From a virus (Duplodnaviria; Caudoviricetes), in IMG/VR virus record IMGVR_UViG_3300017909_000880, positions 1 to 52,276 of that record: a stretch of 52,276 bases of DNA. One strand, given 5' to 3'. A program made the position numbers and the translations under genes. Of this stretch, positions 44,164-52,276 are shown piece after piece. Within the stretch, counting starts at the first letter, position 1; each line of letters starts with the position of its first letter. Under the pieces are notes generated by a model. It did no database searches, was not told the origin of the DNA, and worked only from the letters and a program-made list of their open reading frames with translations.

Positions 44164-44363
44164 TGGACTTTATTAAGTATTCGGAGTTTTTACTCCGCAA
44201 ATTTCGTGAGAGACAAGAAGATCTCACGCAATCACTCGCCGCTGGTGGCGCACAAGACTATGTTCAGTACCAACGAATAGTTGGTGAAATTTCAGGGCTT
44301 AATTTTGCTGAACAAGAGATAACCGCCCTGCATGGAAGGATGGAAGATGTCGAAGACGACTGA
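44163..44363 (+). CDS. Small helical head-module protein
   Basis: DYVQYQRIVGEISGL motif; coupled. Confidence 0.7.
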   Translation: MDFIKYSEFLLRKFRERQEDLTQSLAAGGAQDYVQYQRIVGEISGLNFAEQEITALHGRMEDVEDD

Positions 44364-44796
44364 ACTTGAAAAAGGGGTAACTCCCGATCGTGTACTAAAT
44401 TTTGGATCTGATACGCCGTTAGATCCTCCGAAAGAGTCTATCACTCCTGAAAATTTAGAATCTCACGCAGATAAACTACCAAACCCTACGGGGTATCGTA
44501 TGTTGATCCTACCGTTTTCTCCTCCTGAGAAAAGCAAAGGCGGCATTCTTATGGCTAAACAAACTCTTGATAAAGAGAAAATAGCTACTATCGTGGGGCT
44601 TGTCGTAAAACAAGGCCCAGACGCATATTCCGACCCTGATAAATTTCCTCAAGGCCCATGGTGTAACGAGGGTGATTGGGTAATTTTTGGTCGCTATGCA
44701 GGAGCTAGGTTCAATATCGAAGGAGGAGATATGCGTCTCCTAAACGATGATGAAATTTTAGCTACTGTAAATAACCCAGAAGATATTCTGCAATAA
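44347..44796 (+). CDS. groES: GroES/Cpn10-like co-chaperonin
   Basis: PTGYRMLI, KSKGGIL mobile loop, GDWVIFGRYAG, LLNDDEILA. Confidence 0.85.
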   Translation: MSKTTELEKGVTPDRVLNFGSDTPLDPPKESITPENLESHADKLPNPTGYRMLILPFSPPEKSKGGILMAKQTLDKEKIATIVGLVVKQGPDAYSDPDKFPQGPWCNEGDWVIFGRYAGARFNIEGGDMRLLNDDEILATVNNPEDILQ

Positions 44797-44806
44797 GGTG
44801 ATTGAA

Positions 44807-45679
44807 ATGGCTGAGTCCCAAGAAATTGAATTAGAACTCCCCGATGAGGAAGTAGATCCACGTGAAGCGGATGTACTTCAAGAACCACAACAAGATTTTG
44901 ATACAAGTCAAGCTGAACCTGAAACTTCTCAAACAGATGAGTTAGAAGACTACAGTGACGGTGTCAAAAAGCGTATAGATAAACTGACTTATCGTATGCG
45001 AGAGGCAGAACGCCAACGTGATGAGGCTGTTCAGTTTGCTAAGAAAATGTCTGAACAAACTGCAAGTTTGCAGAATAAATTAAAATCTTCAGACGAGACG
45101 TTAGTGGCTGAATATACTGCCCGTATTTCTGCTGATAAAGAACGCGCTAGACGAGCGTTAAAAGAAGCCCAAGAACTTGGGGACGCAGAGGCCATTGCTT
45201 TGGCTACTGAAGCGGTTGCTAAAACTTCTTTAGAAGCGCAGAATGCCGAAAGATTAGTTGCAAAACAAAAATCTGTTCAGTCTAGTGCAGAACAGTCGCA
45301 GCCTGTTCAACAACAGGCAACTAATCTACAACCAGCTGCTCCTGATCCCCGTGCAGAAAAATGGGCTTCAGAGAACGAATGGTTTGGGGAAGATGAAGGC
45401 ATGACCTACGCTGCTATGGGCATTCATCAAAAGTTATTGAAGGAGGGAGTTCCCCCTAGTTCTGATTACTATTACGAAAGGGTAGATAGTGAGATTAGAG
45501 AACTTTTTCCAAATAAGTTTTCCGAAGGGAAAAAGAACGTGCAGTCTTCTGTAGCAGGTGCCAGCCGAGGTGCTGGTGCTGTTAAAAAAGGAGCACGCAA
45601 TGTGAAACTCACACCGTCACAGGTAGCAATAGCTAAAAGAATCGGTGTGCCTCTTGAAGAGTACGCAAAATTTGTATAG
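44807..45679 (+). CDS. Putative capsid scaffolding protein
   Basis: Acidic N-terminus, coiled coil, N.WFG motif, basic C-terminal helix-turn-helix; upstream of capsid gene. Confidence 0.7.
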   Translation: MAESQEIELELPDEEVDPREADVLQEPQQDFDTSQAEPETSQTDELEDYSDGVKKRIDKLTYRMREAERQRDEAVQFAKKMSEQTASLQNKLKSSDETLVAEYTARISADKERARRALKEAQELGDAEAIALATEAVAKTSLEAQNAERLVAKQKSVQSSAEQSQPVQQQATNLQPAAPDPRAEKWASENEWFGEDEGMTYAAMGIHQKLLKEGVPPSSDYYYERVDSEIRELFPNKFSEGKKNVQSSVAGASRGAGAVKKGARNVKLTPSQVAIAKRIGVPLEEYAKFV

Positions 45680-45688
45680 GAGATGAAA

Positions 45689-46156
45689 ATGTCAGATCGT
45701 ACCTCCAGATCTGCTGAAACCCGAGAAAAGAAATCTCGCCGTAAACCATGGCAACCGCCATCTATGTTAGACGCTCCTGAAGCGCCTCCTGGGTATAAAC
45801 ACAGGTGGGTACGTGCAGAAGTCCGTGGGCATGATGACAGAGCGAATATGTCTAAGCGTATTCGTGAGGGATTCGAGCCTGTAAGAGCAGAAGATCATCC
45901 AGATTTTGACGCTCCTACGATTGAGGACGGTAAACACGCTGGCGTAATAGGTGTTGGTGGCTTAATCCTCGCTAAAATCCCAGAAGAGACCGTTGAAGAA
46001 CGCAATCATTACTTTCAAGGAAAGACTGCTGAACAACTTCAAGGTGTCGACAATGATTTGATGCGAGAAGCTGATCCAAGAATGCCGCTCCGACAGAGCG
46101 ATATGAGGAGAAGCACAAAAGTGGAATTCGGTAGTCGACAACCGACTACGGATTAA
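45689..46156 (+). CDS. Conserved hypothetical head-module protein
   Basis: PPGYKHRWVR, REGFEPV, GGLILAKIP. Confidence 0.7.
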   Translation: MSDRTSRSAETREKKSRRKPWQPPSMLDAPEAPPGYKHRWVRAEVRGHDDRANMSKRIREGFEPVRAEDHPDFDAPTIEDGKHAGVIGVGGLILAKIPEETVEERNHYFQGKTAEQLQGVDNDLMREADPRMPLRQSDMRRSTKVEFGSRQPTTD

Positions 46157-46184
46157 AACATCATTTTCCTTAGAGGATTAAATC

Positions 46185-46724
46185 ATGGCTAATACTGACG
46201 CCCCTAATGGGTTCACACCAGCCTACCACCTATACGGTGGAACGATTCGTCCTCAGAAGTTGCGTATTGCTAGTGGCACCTCTGCCGCTATCTTCAACGG
46301 AGACGTTGTAAACCTATCTTCTGGGTACGTTATCCAAGGCACTGCGACAGGCACACCAGCAGGTGTTTTTGCTGGTTGTTTCTACACCGCAACAGACGGT
46401 ACTCCTACATACTCTAACTTCTTCCCTGCATCCACAGCTACGCTTGGCGCTGCAGATGTTGAAGCGTATGTATATACCGATCCAGGTATCGTATACGAAG
46501 CACAATTTACTGCTGGTACTCCTGCTGTAAGTTTCATAGGTGCTAAGTACACGATTACAACCACCGCTGGCAGCACTAACAATGGTCGATCTAAAGAAGG
46601 TGTAACGGCGACAACCAGTAGCGGAATCGCGTTGTTGAACAGGTTCGTAGATTCTCCGAGTAATAGCATTGGTGCTAACGCTCGTGGATACTTTACGTTC
46701 CCAACTAACGTATTCGCTGTATAG
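46185..46724 (+). CDS. Putative capsid decoration / minor capsid protein
   Basis: MAN.DAP.GF.P start, IFNGD.V, GVFAGC; immediately before the major capsid gene. Confidence 0.65.
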   Translation: MANTDAPNGFTPAYHLYGGTIRPQKLRIASGTSAAIFNGDVVNLSSGYVIQGTATGTPAGVFAGCFYTATDGTPTYSNFFPASTATLGAADVEAYVYTDPGIVYEAQFTAGTPAVSFIGAKYTITTTAGSTNNGRSKEGVTATTSSGIALLNRFVDSPSNSIGANARGYFTFPTNVFAV

Positions 46725-46741
46725 TCGAAGGAGAGTAACTA

Positions 46742-47653
46742 ATGGCTATTAATAGAGCTCAACTCGTAAAAGAGCTGGTTCCTGGCCTTCATGCTCTCTT
46801 CGGACTAGAGTATGATCGCTACGACGCAGAGTACGAAGAAATCTTTGAAACCGAAACTTCAGAACGAGCTTTTGAAGAAGAGGTTATGTTGACTGGTTTC
46901 GGCGAGGCTCCTGTGAAGTTTGAAGGTTCTGGTGTTACTTATGACACCGCGCAAGAATCTTTTACTGCACGGTATTCGCATGAAACTATCGCATTGGCTT
47001 TTTCATTGACTGAAGAAGCGATTGAAGATAATTTGTACGACACTTTGTCATCTCGTTATACGCGAGCACTTGCTCGTTCTATGATGACCACTAAAAACAT
47101 TAAGGGCGCTAACATATTGAACAATGCGTTCGACTCCTCTTTTGTTGGTGGCGACGGCAAAGAACTGTGTGCAACTGATCACCCGACAGTAGGTAACGAG
47201 ACTCAACGCAACGAACTATCGACTGCGTCTGACCTCAACGAAACCTCACTGGAGCAAGCGTTGATCGATATCGCAGCTTTCGAAGATGAGCGTGGTCTTA
47301 AGATCAATGCTCAAGCTCGTAAGCTAATCATTCCTACCGCTTTGCAATTTGTTGCAGATCGTCTACTGGAAACCCCAGGACGAGTTGGTACGTCTGATAA
47401 CGATATTAACGCACTGCGTAACATGGGTATGGTTCCTGAGGGATACACCGTTAATCATTATCTAACAGATACTGATGCGTTTTTCCTGACTACGGACGTA
47501 CCTAACGGACTGAAGCACTTTGTGCGTTCACCTGTTACAACCAGCATGGAAGGCGACTTCGAAACTGGTAACGTTCGTTATAAAGCCAGAGAACGCTATA
47601 GTTTTGGCTTTAGTGACTGGCGTGGTATTTTCGGTTCTCCTGGAGCTGCGTAA
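46742..47653 (+). CDS. Major capsid protein
   Basis: MAINRAQLVKELVPGL..LFG.EY, TEEAIEDNLY, YKARERYSFG.SDWRG; strong RBS, followed by terminator. Confidence 0.9.
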   Translation: MAINRAQLVKELVPGLHALFGLEYDRYDAEYEEIFETETSERAFEEEVMLTGFGEAPVKFEGSGVTYDTAQESFTARYSHETIALAFSLTEEAIEDNLYDTLSSRYTRALARSMMTTKNIKGANILNNAFDSSFVGGDGKELCATDHPTVGNETQRNELSTASDLNETSLEQALIDIAAFEDERGLKINAQARKLIIPTALQFVADRLLETPGRVGTSDNDINALRNMGMVPEGYTVNHYLTDTDAFFLTTDVPNGLKHFVRSPVTTSMEGDFETGNVRYKARERYSFGFSDWRGIFGSPGAA

Positions 47654-47663
47654 TATCACAAAG

Positions 47664-47693
47664 AAAGGGGCACTTGTTGCCCCTTTTCTTTTT
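47664..47693 (+). terminator. Rho-independent terminator after the capsid gene
   Basis: AAAGGGGCA-CTTGT-TGCCCCTTT then T-rich tail. Confidence 0.85.
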
Positions 47694-47710
47694 CTCCTGT
47701 ATAAAGTAGC

Positions 47711-47759
47711 TATCCCTGACAGATACATCCCGTATCTGACAAAGCCAAGACAGGAGATA
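47711..47759 (+). promoter_or_regulatory. Leader stem-loop sequestering the RBS of the next gene
   Basis: CAGATAC/GTATCTG inner stem; TATC-CCTG pairs with CAGG-A-GATA, which contains AGGAG. Confidence 0.45.
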
Positions 47760-47762
47760 ACA

Positions 47763-48269
47763 ATGGCTAATTCAACTTTTAACGGTCCTATCCGTTCAGA
47801 AAGTACGCTGAAAACAATCAGCAAAAATGCAACAACAGGCACAATCACGGAAGTTGTAACTTTAGGTGATGGCCCTGTAAGTCTTTCAGATGGTGACGTA
47901 ACTCTTACTAACGCTACTCATAGCGGTAGAATTCTTTTAGTTCCAGATGGCACTCAAGACAATACTTATACGTTGCCTTCACCTATCGCTGGTTCAGTGT
48001 TTAGATTTGTCTATGCAGGAGGTGCTGCTGACGGCACTGATGCAATCATTGTTACTCCAGGAAACTCAAACTTCTATATCGGTGGGGTTACTTTCCTCGA
48101 TACTGATAACGAAGTGAGTGCAGTTTTTTCTGATGGTAACTCGAACAGCAGTATTCAAATTAATGTTCCTGCGGGCTTTGATGTTACTATCGTTGGTTTG
48201 AACACAACTAATTATCAGATTTTTGGTACTGTTACAGCTGCAACTGCTCCTGCGTTTGCTGACCAATAA
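47763..48269 (+). CDS. Putative virion (head fibre/decoration) protein
   Basis: RBS AGGAG before ATG47763; MANSTFNGPIRSE start; T/G/S-rich. Confidence 0.65.
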   Translation: MANSTFNGPIRSESTLKTISKNATTGTITEVVTLGDGPVSLSDGDVTLTNATHSGRILLVPDGTQDNTYTLPSPIAGSVFRFVYAGGAADGTDAIIVTPGNSNFYIGGVTFLDTDNEVSAVFSDGNSNSSIQINVPAGFDVTIVGLNTTNYQIFGTVTAATAPAFADQ

Positions 48270-48281
48270 CAGGAGAGCGTT

Positions 48282-48689
48282 ATGGCTGATGCAGTTACAT
48301 CAACAACAATTTCTGATGGTACTCATAAAGCTGTTATACAACTGACTAATCTTAGTGATGGCACTGGAGAAAGTGCAGTAACTAAAGTAGACGTTAGTGC
48401 TCTAGCCGCTAGGGAAGATGGAACCGCTTGTAGTAGTGTGCTTATAGAAAAAGTAAGTCATTCTATTATTGGTTTTACTCAGGTGCAGCTTCTATTCGAT
48501 GCGACTACTGACACCATCGCGCTAGGTCTAGCACAAGACAGTAATGGTCATATGGACTTTAGTGAGTTTGGAGGATTACAAAATACGTCAGGCTCAGGTA
48601 AAACTGGAGATATAAAGCTAACGACCATCGGCGCTGCAAATTTAGATAGTTACGTGATCGTTTTAGAACTCATCAAGAAGTATGGCTAA
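48282..48689 (+). CDS. Putative virion protein
   Basis: RBS AGGAG; SDGTGESAV.KVDVS, DFSEFGG, TGDI motifs. Confidence 0.65.
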   Translation: MADAVTSTTISDGTHKAVIQLTNLSDGTGESAVTKVDVSALAAREDGTACSSVLIEKVSHSIIGFTQVQLLFDATTDTIALGLAQDSNGHMDFSEFGGLQNTSGSGKTGDIKLTTIGAANLDSYVIVLELIKKYG

Positions 48690-49357
48690 TGGCTACATCA
48701 GGTACACGCACCTTTACTTTAAGCGCGGCAGATGCGATTGAAGAAGCCTATGAGCTTGCTGGACTAGAGTATCGGACAGGATATGATGGGGTAACTGCTC
48801 GGCGATCTATGAACATTATGTTCGCTGATTGGTCAAACCGTGGTATCCAGCTTTGGGAAGTAGAACAAGTCTCCCTTGATTTAGTTCAAGGGACGACTTC
48901 ATATTCTCTCAATCAATACGATATTGATATTTTAGATGCTGTTATCAGACGAACAGTAAATGGAACACAGACAGATTTCCAAATAGACCGGATTGAGAGA
49001 GGAGAGTATTTAGATATTCCTAATAAAAATACTCAAGCTAGAGTTACTCAATACTATTTAGAAAGAACTATAACTCCTAAATTGTTTGTTTGGCCAGCTC
49101 CCGAAAACTCTACTGATAAGTTCGTTTCTTACAGGTGGAAAAGAATCCAGGATATTTCTGGGTCTGTAGATGATGTTGATTTACCGAGTAGGTTTTTGCC
49201 TTGTTTAGTTACAGGGTTAGCATTTAACTTAGCTTTAAAAAAGAACCCAGATAAAGCCATGTTGCTGCAGCCGTTGTATGAGCAAAACTTAGTTAACGCT
49301 ATACGATACGACACAAGTGATGCGTTTCAGTTGGTGCCGAAACGGACGTATGTCTGA
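48689..49357 (+). CDS. Head-tail adaptor / tail tubular protein A-like
   Basis: IEEAYE..G, ARRSMN.MFADW.NRG, LVTGLA; position after capsid genes. Confidence 0.7.
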   Translation: MATSGTRTFTLSAADAIEEAYELAGLEYRTGYDGVTARRSMNIMFADWSNRGIQLWEVEQVSLDLVQGTTSYSLNQYDIDILDAVIRRTVNGTQTDFQIDRIERGEYLDIPNKNTQARVTQYYLERTITPKLFVWPAPENSTDKFVSYRWKRIQDISGSVDDVDLPSRFLPCLVTGLAFNLALKKNPDKAMLLQPLYEQNLVNAIRYDTSDAFQLVPKRTYV

Positions 49358-49725
49358 TGGCTTTTGCTCTAGGTAAACATTCTTACGGCGTTTGTGATCG
49401 TTGTGGGTTTAGAGCTAGATACTTAGATCTCCGGATGGAGTGGACAGGTTTTAAAGTTTGTCCAGAGTGTTTTGAACCAAAACATCCACAATTAGAACCA
49501 CCTAGACAAGGCACAGATCCTGAAGCATTAAGACAAGCGCGTCCTGAAGTTTCCTTACCTCAGTCTCAGCTAGGAGTAGTTAGAACAACTGGGCCGAGTA
49601 ATACTACTGATAGTGGAGTTAATGTCGGAGGACAACCTTTATCTGTGGTAGATCCTATAGGAACTAAATTCGAAGGAGTATCAGGCACAGGTGAGGTAGG
49701 AACAGTTACGGTGACAACATCATGA
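49357..49725 (+). CDS. Hypothetical protein with CxxC-CxxC motif
   Basis: CDRCGF, CPECFEPKHPQL. Confidence 0.7.
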   Translation: MAFALGKHSYGVCDRCGFRARYLDLRMEWTGFKVCPECFEPKHPQLEPPRQGTDPEALRQARPEVSLPQSQLGVVRTTGPSNTTDSGVNVGGQPLSVVDPIGTKFEGVSGTGEVGTVTVTTS

Positions 49726-50357
49726 GTTTTACGTTAGCTACTTTAAAATCTACTGTTCAAGATTATTGCGAAACTTCTGAGACCACTTTCGTTGCAGACT
49801 TAGATACTTTTATAAAAGAGTCTGAAGAAAGGATTCTTAAGAATGTTGAGCTTCCTGTTTTTAGAAAAAACGTTACTGGTTCTGCAGCCAGTAGTAATAC
49901 CTATCTAAGTACACCAACTGATTTTTTAGCCCCATATAGTTTGGCTGTAATTTCTAGCAGTGTTTACAGCTACCTTTTGTTTAAACACGTTAGTTTTATT
50001 AGAGACTTTACTCCTAATCCAGCGACTACAGGGACACCTAAGTATTACGCTCTTTTTGATGATAATACTTTTATGTTAGCCCCAACTCCTGATCAAAATT
50101 ATTCTTTCGAGTTGCATTATAAATATCGACCAGCTTCATTAACTACTACCTCAGGAACAGATACTACATGGCTATCAAGTAATGCTCCTGATGCTTTGCT
50201 ATACGGCACTTTAGTTGAAGCAGCTACCTTTCTAAAAATCCCTGAAGAAGTTGCTCAATATGAGCAGCGTTTTGTTCAAGCAATAAATAGTTTGAAAAAT
50301 TTAGGACAGGGATACGGTTCAAGAGATGAATATCGTTATGACATTGCTAAGGGATAA
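49722..50357 (+). CDS. Second adaptor-like neck protein
   Basis: E.RI, G.PKYYA, APTPD..Y, LLYGTLVEA. Confidence 0.65.
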   Translation: MSFTLATLKSTVQDYCETSETTFVADLDTFIKESEERILKNVELPVFRKNVTGSAASSNTYLSTPTDFLAPYSLAVISSSVYSYLLFKHVSFIRDFTPNPATTGTPKYYALFDDNTFMLAPTPDQNYSFELHYKYRPASLTTTSGTDTTWLSSNAPDALLYGTLVEAATFLKIPEEVAQYEQRFVQAINSLKNLGQGYGSRDEYRYDIAKG

Positions 50358-50362
50358 CGAAA

Positions 50363-50653
50363 GTGTTAGTTGAAGCTCCGAGCATGGAAGTCGGTAATGT
50401 TTTAGTTACTACAACTAAAAATAAAGGTCACTCAATAGAATTTTGGGCTGACTCCGCTGCAAATAGAATTGTGAGTGTTGGAGGAAATTGTCATCCTTTA
50501 ATCGCTCAACAAGCAGAAGCATTCAAAGAGGATGTAAAAAAGGTTGTTGCTTTTTATTTAGCTGAAGCAGTAAAAAGTGATAGAACTACTCTAATTGCTG
50601 AATTAGAAAATCAAGGCCATCAAGATATGGCTGATATATTAAGGAGACTGTAA
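50363..50653 (+). CDS. Hypothetical protein
   Basis: GTG start; QAEAFK motif; coupled to next gene. Confidence 0.6.
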   Translation: MLVEAPSMEVGNVLVTTTKNKGHSIEFWADSAANRIVSVGGNCHPLIAQQAEAFKEDVKKVVAFYLAEAVKSDRTTLIAELENQGHQDMADILRRL

Positions 50654-51084
50654 TGGCTATTACAACAGCTATGTGCACTAGCTTTAAAAAAGAACTTTTA
50701 GAGGCTGTTCACAATTTTAAAAACACAGGCGGTAGCACGTTTAATCTTGCGTTGTACACTAGCTCTGCGACTCTGGGCGCCGCTACAACCGCGTATACGG
50801 CAACCAACGAAGTGTCCGGTACTGGCTATACGGCTAAAGGCGCATCTCTAACAAGAGTTGACCCTAGTACCTCTGGTACGACGGCACTTACAGATTTTGA
50901 CGATCTTACTTTCAGCAGTAGTTCAATCACAGCACGAGGATGTTTGATATTCAACGACAGTGCTAGTGGCGATCCTGCTGTATGTGCTTTGGATTTTGGT
51001 GGTGATAAAACTTCTAGTTCTGGCGATTTTACTGTTCAGTTTCCTACGGCTGATGCGAGTAACGCAATTATCCGTATAGCTTAG
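50653..51084 (+). CDS. Putative tail/virion structural protein
   Basis: CTSFK.ELL, LALYTS, DFGGDKT...F.VQFP. Confidence 0.65.
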   Translation: MAITTAMCTSFKKELLEAVHNFKNTGGSTFNLALYTSSATLGAATTAYTATNEVSGTGYTAKGASLTRVDPSTSGTTALTDFDDLTFSSSSITARGCLIFNDSASGDPAVCALDFGGDKTSSSGDFTVQFPTADASNAIIRIA

Positions 51085-51093
51085 AGATAATAT

Positions 51094-52059
51094 GTGGCAA
51101 ACGTTACTGGCTGGGGTAGAGGCACTTGGGGCGAAGATGCGTGGGGTGAGCCAGACCTTATTGAGGTCACAGGTGTTTCTGCCACGGGTGCGGTTGGGTC
51201 TGTTACAGTCTCGGCAGACGCTAACGCCACGGTTACAGGTATTGCAGGAACGGGTGCGGTTGGGTCTGTCACAATCTCGACAGATGCTAATGTCTCTGTT
51301 ACAGGTGTTGCAGGAACAGGGTCAGTCGGTTCGGTCACGGTTTCAGCGGATTCGAACGTCAGTGTCACAGGCGTTTCCGGCACGGGTAGTGTTGGTTCTG
51401 TCACAGCCAGTGGAACCGCAAACGTTTCTGTCACAGGCGTTTCAGGAACAGGCACAGTCGGCTCCGTCACTATCGTCGAAGGTACGGGCGTCGATGTCTC
51501 GATTACAGGCGTCAGTGGGACAGGTGCTGTCGGAACGGTTACTGTATCCAGCGATGCGAATGTTAGCGTTACTGGCGTTTCTGGCACTGGATCGGTTGGA
51601 ACGGTTACAGTCGCGCTGGGGATCGTCGCGTCTCCGAGCGGCGTCAGTGGGACAGGCGCGGTTGGTTCGGTCACTATATCCGGTGATGCGGTCGTTACAC
51701 CGTCTGGTGTTAGTAGCACAGGCGCGGTTGGTTCGGTTACTGTATCTGGTGACGCAGCTACCAGTGTTACAGGTGTTTCGGCAACAGGCGCGGTTGGTTC
51801 GGTTACAGTCGCAGTGGGTATCGTTGCGTCTCCAACTGGAGTCAGTGGGACAGGGGCTGTCGGAACGGTTACGGTCGTTGGCTCAGCACTCGTCACCCCG
51901 ACAGGAGTCGAAGGAACAGCAGAAACACAACAAGTCACAGTTTGGGGAATAGTAGATGATTCTCAAACTCCAAACTGGAGTAATATAGATGATAGTCAGA
52001 CACCAGGATGGTCTGTTGTATCAGATAGTCAAACCCCTGATTGGGAAGAGGTAGCTTAA
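51094..52059 (+). CDS. Repeat-rich virion protein (tail fibre/spike-associated)
   Basis: About 12 copies of a 22-aa unit VTGVSGTGAVGSVTV; WG repeats at N-terminus, DSQTPxW x3 at C-terminus. Confidence 0.75.
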   Translation: MANVTGWGRGTWGEDAWGEPDLIEVTGVSATGAVGSVTVSADANATVTGIAGTGAVGSVTISTDANVSVTGVAGTGSVGSVTVSADSNVSVTGVSGTGSVGSVTASGTANVSVTGVSGTGTVGSVTIVEGTGVDVSITGVSGTGAVGTVTVSSDANVSVTGVSGTGSVGTVTVALGIVASPSGVSGTGAVGSVTISGDAVVTPSGVSSTGAVGSVTVSGDAATSVTGVSATGAVGSVTVAVGIVASPTGVSGTGAVGTVTVVGSALVTPTGVEGTAETQQVTVWGIVDDSQTPNWSNIDDSQTPGWSVVSDSQTPDWEEVA

Positions 52060-52060
52060 T

Positions 52061-52276
52061 ATGGCAACTTATGTAAACGATTTACGCTTAAAAGAGATCG
52101 CTACTGGTGATGAATCAGGCACGTGGGGTGCGAGCACAAATACGAACTTAGAGCTTATTGCTGAGGCGTTCAGCTTTGGAACAGAGGCGATTACCACAAA
52201 TGCAGATACGCACACTACGACGATTGCTGACGGCGCTACTGATCCTGGGCGCTCTCTTTTTCTCAAGTACACTGGA
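52061..52276 (+). CDS. Tail fibre-like protein, N-terminal part (runs off the window)
   Basis: RBS GAGG; MATYVNDLRLKEIATGDESGTWGASTNTNLELI...; open to the window end. Confidence 0.65.
   Translation, partial: MATYVNDLRLKEIATGDESGTWGASTNTNLELIAEAFSFGTEAITTNADTHTTTIADGATDPGRSLFLKYTG

Noticed and set aside
47716-47754. Hammerhead ribozyme in the post-capsid leader
   Set aside because: CTGACAG does not fit the CUGANGA core and no correctly placed GAAA follows
47520-47762. N-terminal extension of ORF 47520..48269, or a capsid frameshift into it
   Set aside because: Crosses the capsid 3' end and a clear terminator; RBS supports ATG47763; no slippery heptamer noticed at the capsid end
51081-51952. 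Long overlapping ORFs 51081..51938 (-) and 51092..51952 (+)
   Set aside because: Shadows of the V/T/G/S repeat gene 51094..52059, whose codons rarely create stops in other frames; no supporting RBS or protein-like features
1-52276. Prophage, integrase/repressor module, tRNA genes, reverse transcriptase or diversity-generating retroelement
   Set aside because: No host genes, recombinase motifs, cloverleaf with T/D arms or RT motifs recognised by eye; a formal tRNAscan/HMM scan was not possible

Overview
Most of the genome of a lytic-looking dsDNA tailed phage (Caudoviricetes, short-tailed podovirus-type architecture with large internal virion proteins). The gene set resembles uncultured aquatic phages. 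The window opens and closes inside the tail region, so the tail-fibre part is missing. Order of modules: 2OG-Fe(II) oxygenase and lysis genes (0-3.9 kb); tail and internal virion proteins (3.9-17.1 kb); an isolated minus-strand SNF2 helicase; a replication block (SSB-like protein, AEP primase, UvrD-like helicase, family A polymerase); a thymidine-modification operon (23.6-27.5 kb); small early genes behind a repeated sigma70-like promoter (30-36 kb); a repeat-rich putative packaging region around terS (36.2-37.6 kb); terL, portal, GroES-like protein, scaffold, capsid, neck and tail genes (39-52 kb). I saw no integrase, tRNA, rRNA or CRISPR. Best leads: (1) a 5-hmdU hypermodification operon pairing an amino acid:DNA transferase-fold gene with a small-molecule-type SAM methyltransferase, with no recognisable 5-hmdU DNA kinase; (2) a recurring [M/F]-x-x-G-G motif delimiting modules in late proteins, suggesting polyprotein processing or capsid targeting; (3) two inverted AT-rich iteron-like elements 17 kb apart; (4) a GATC array plus G-quadruplex motif at the end of terS; (5) a candidate multi-branched ncRNA and a candidate -1 frameshift. 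All family calls are from motif recognition by eye, not database searches.
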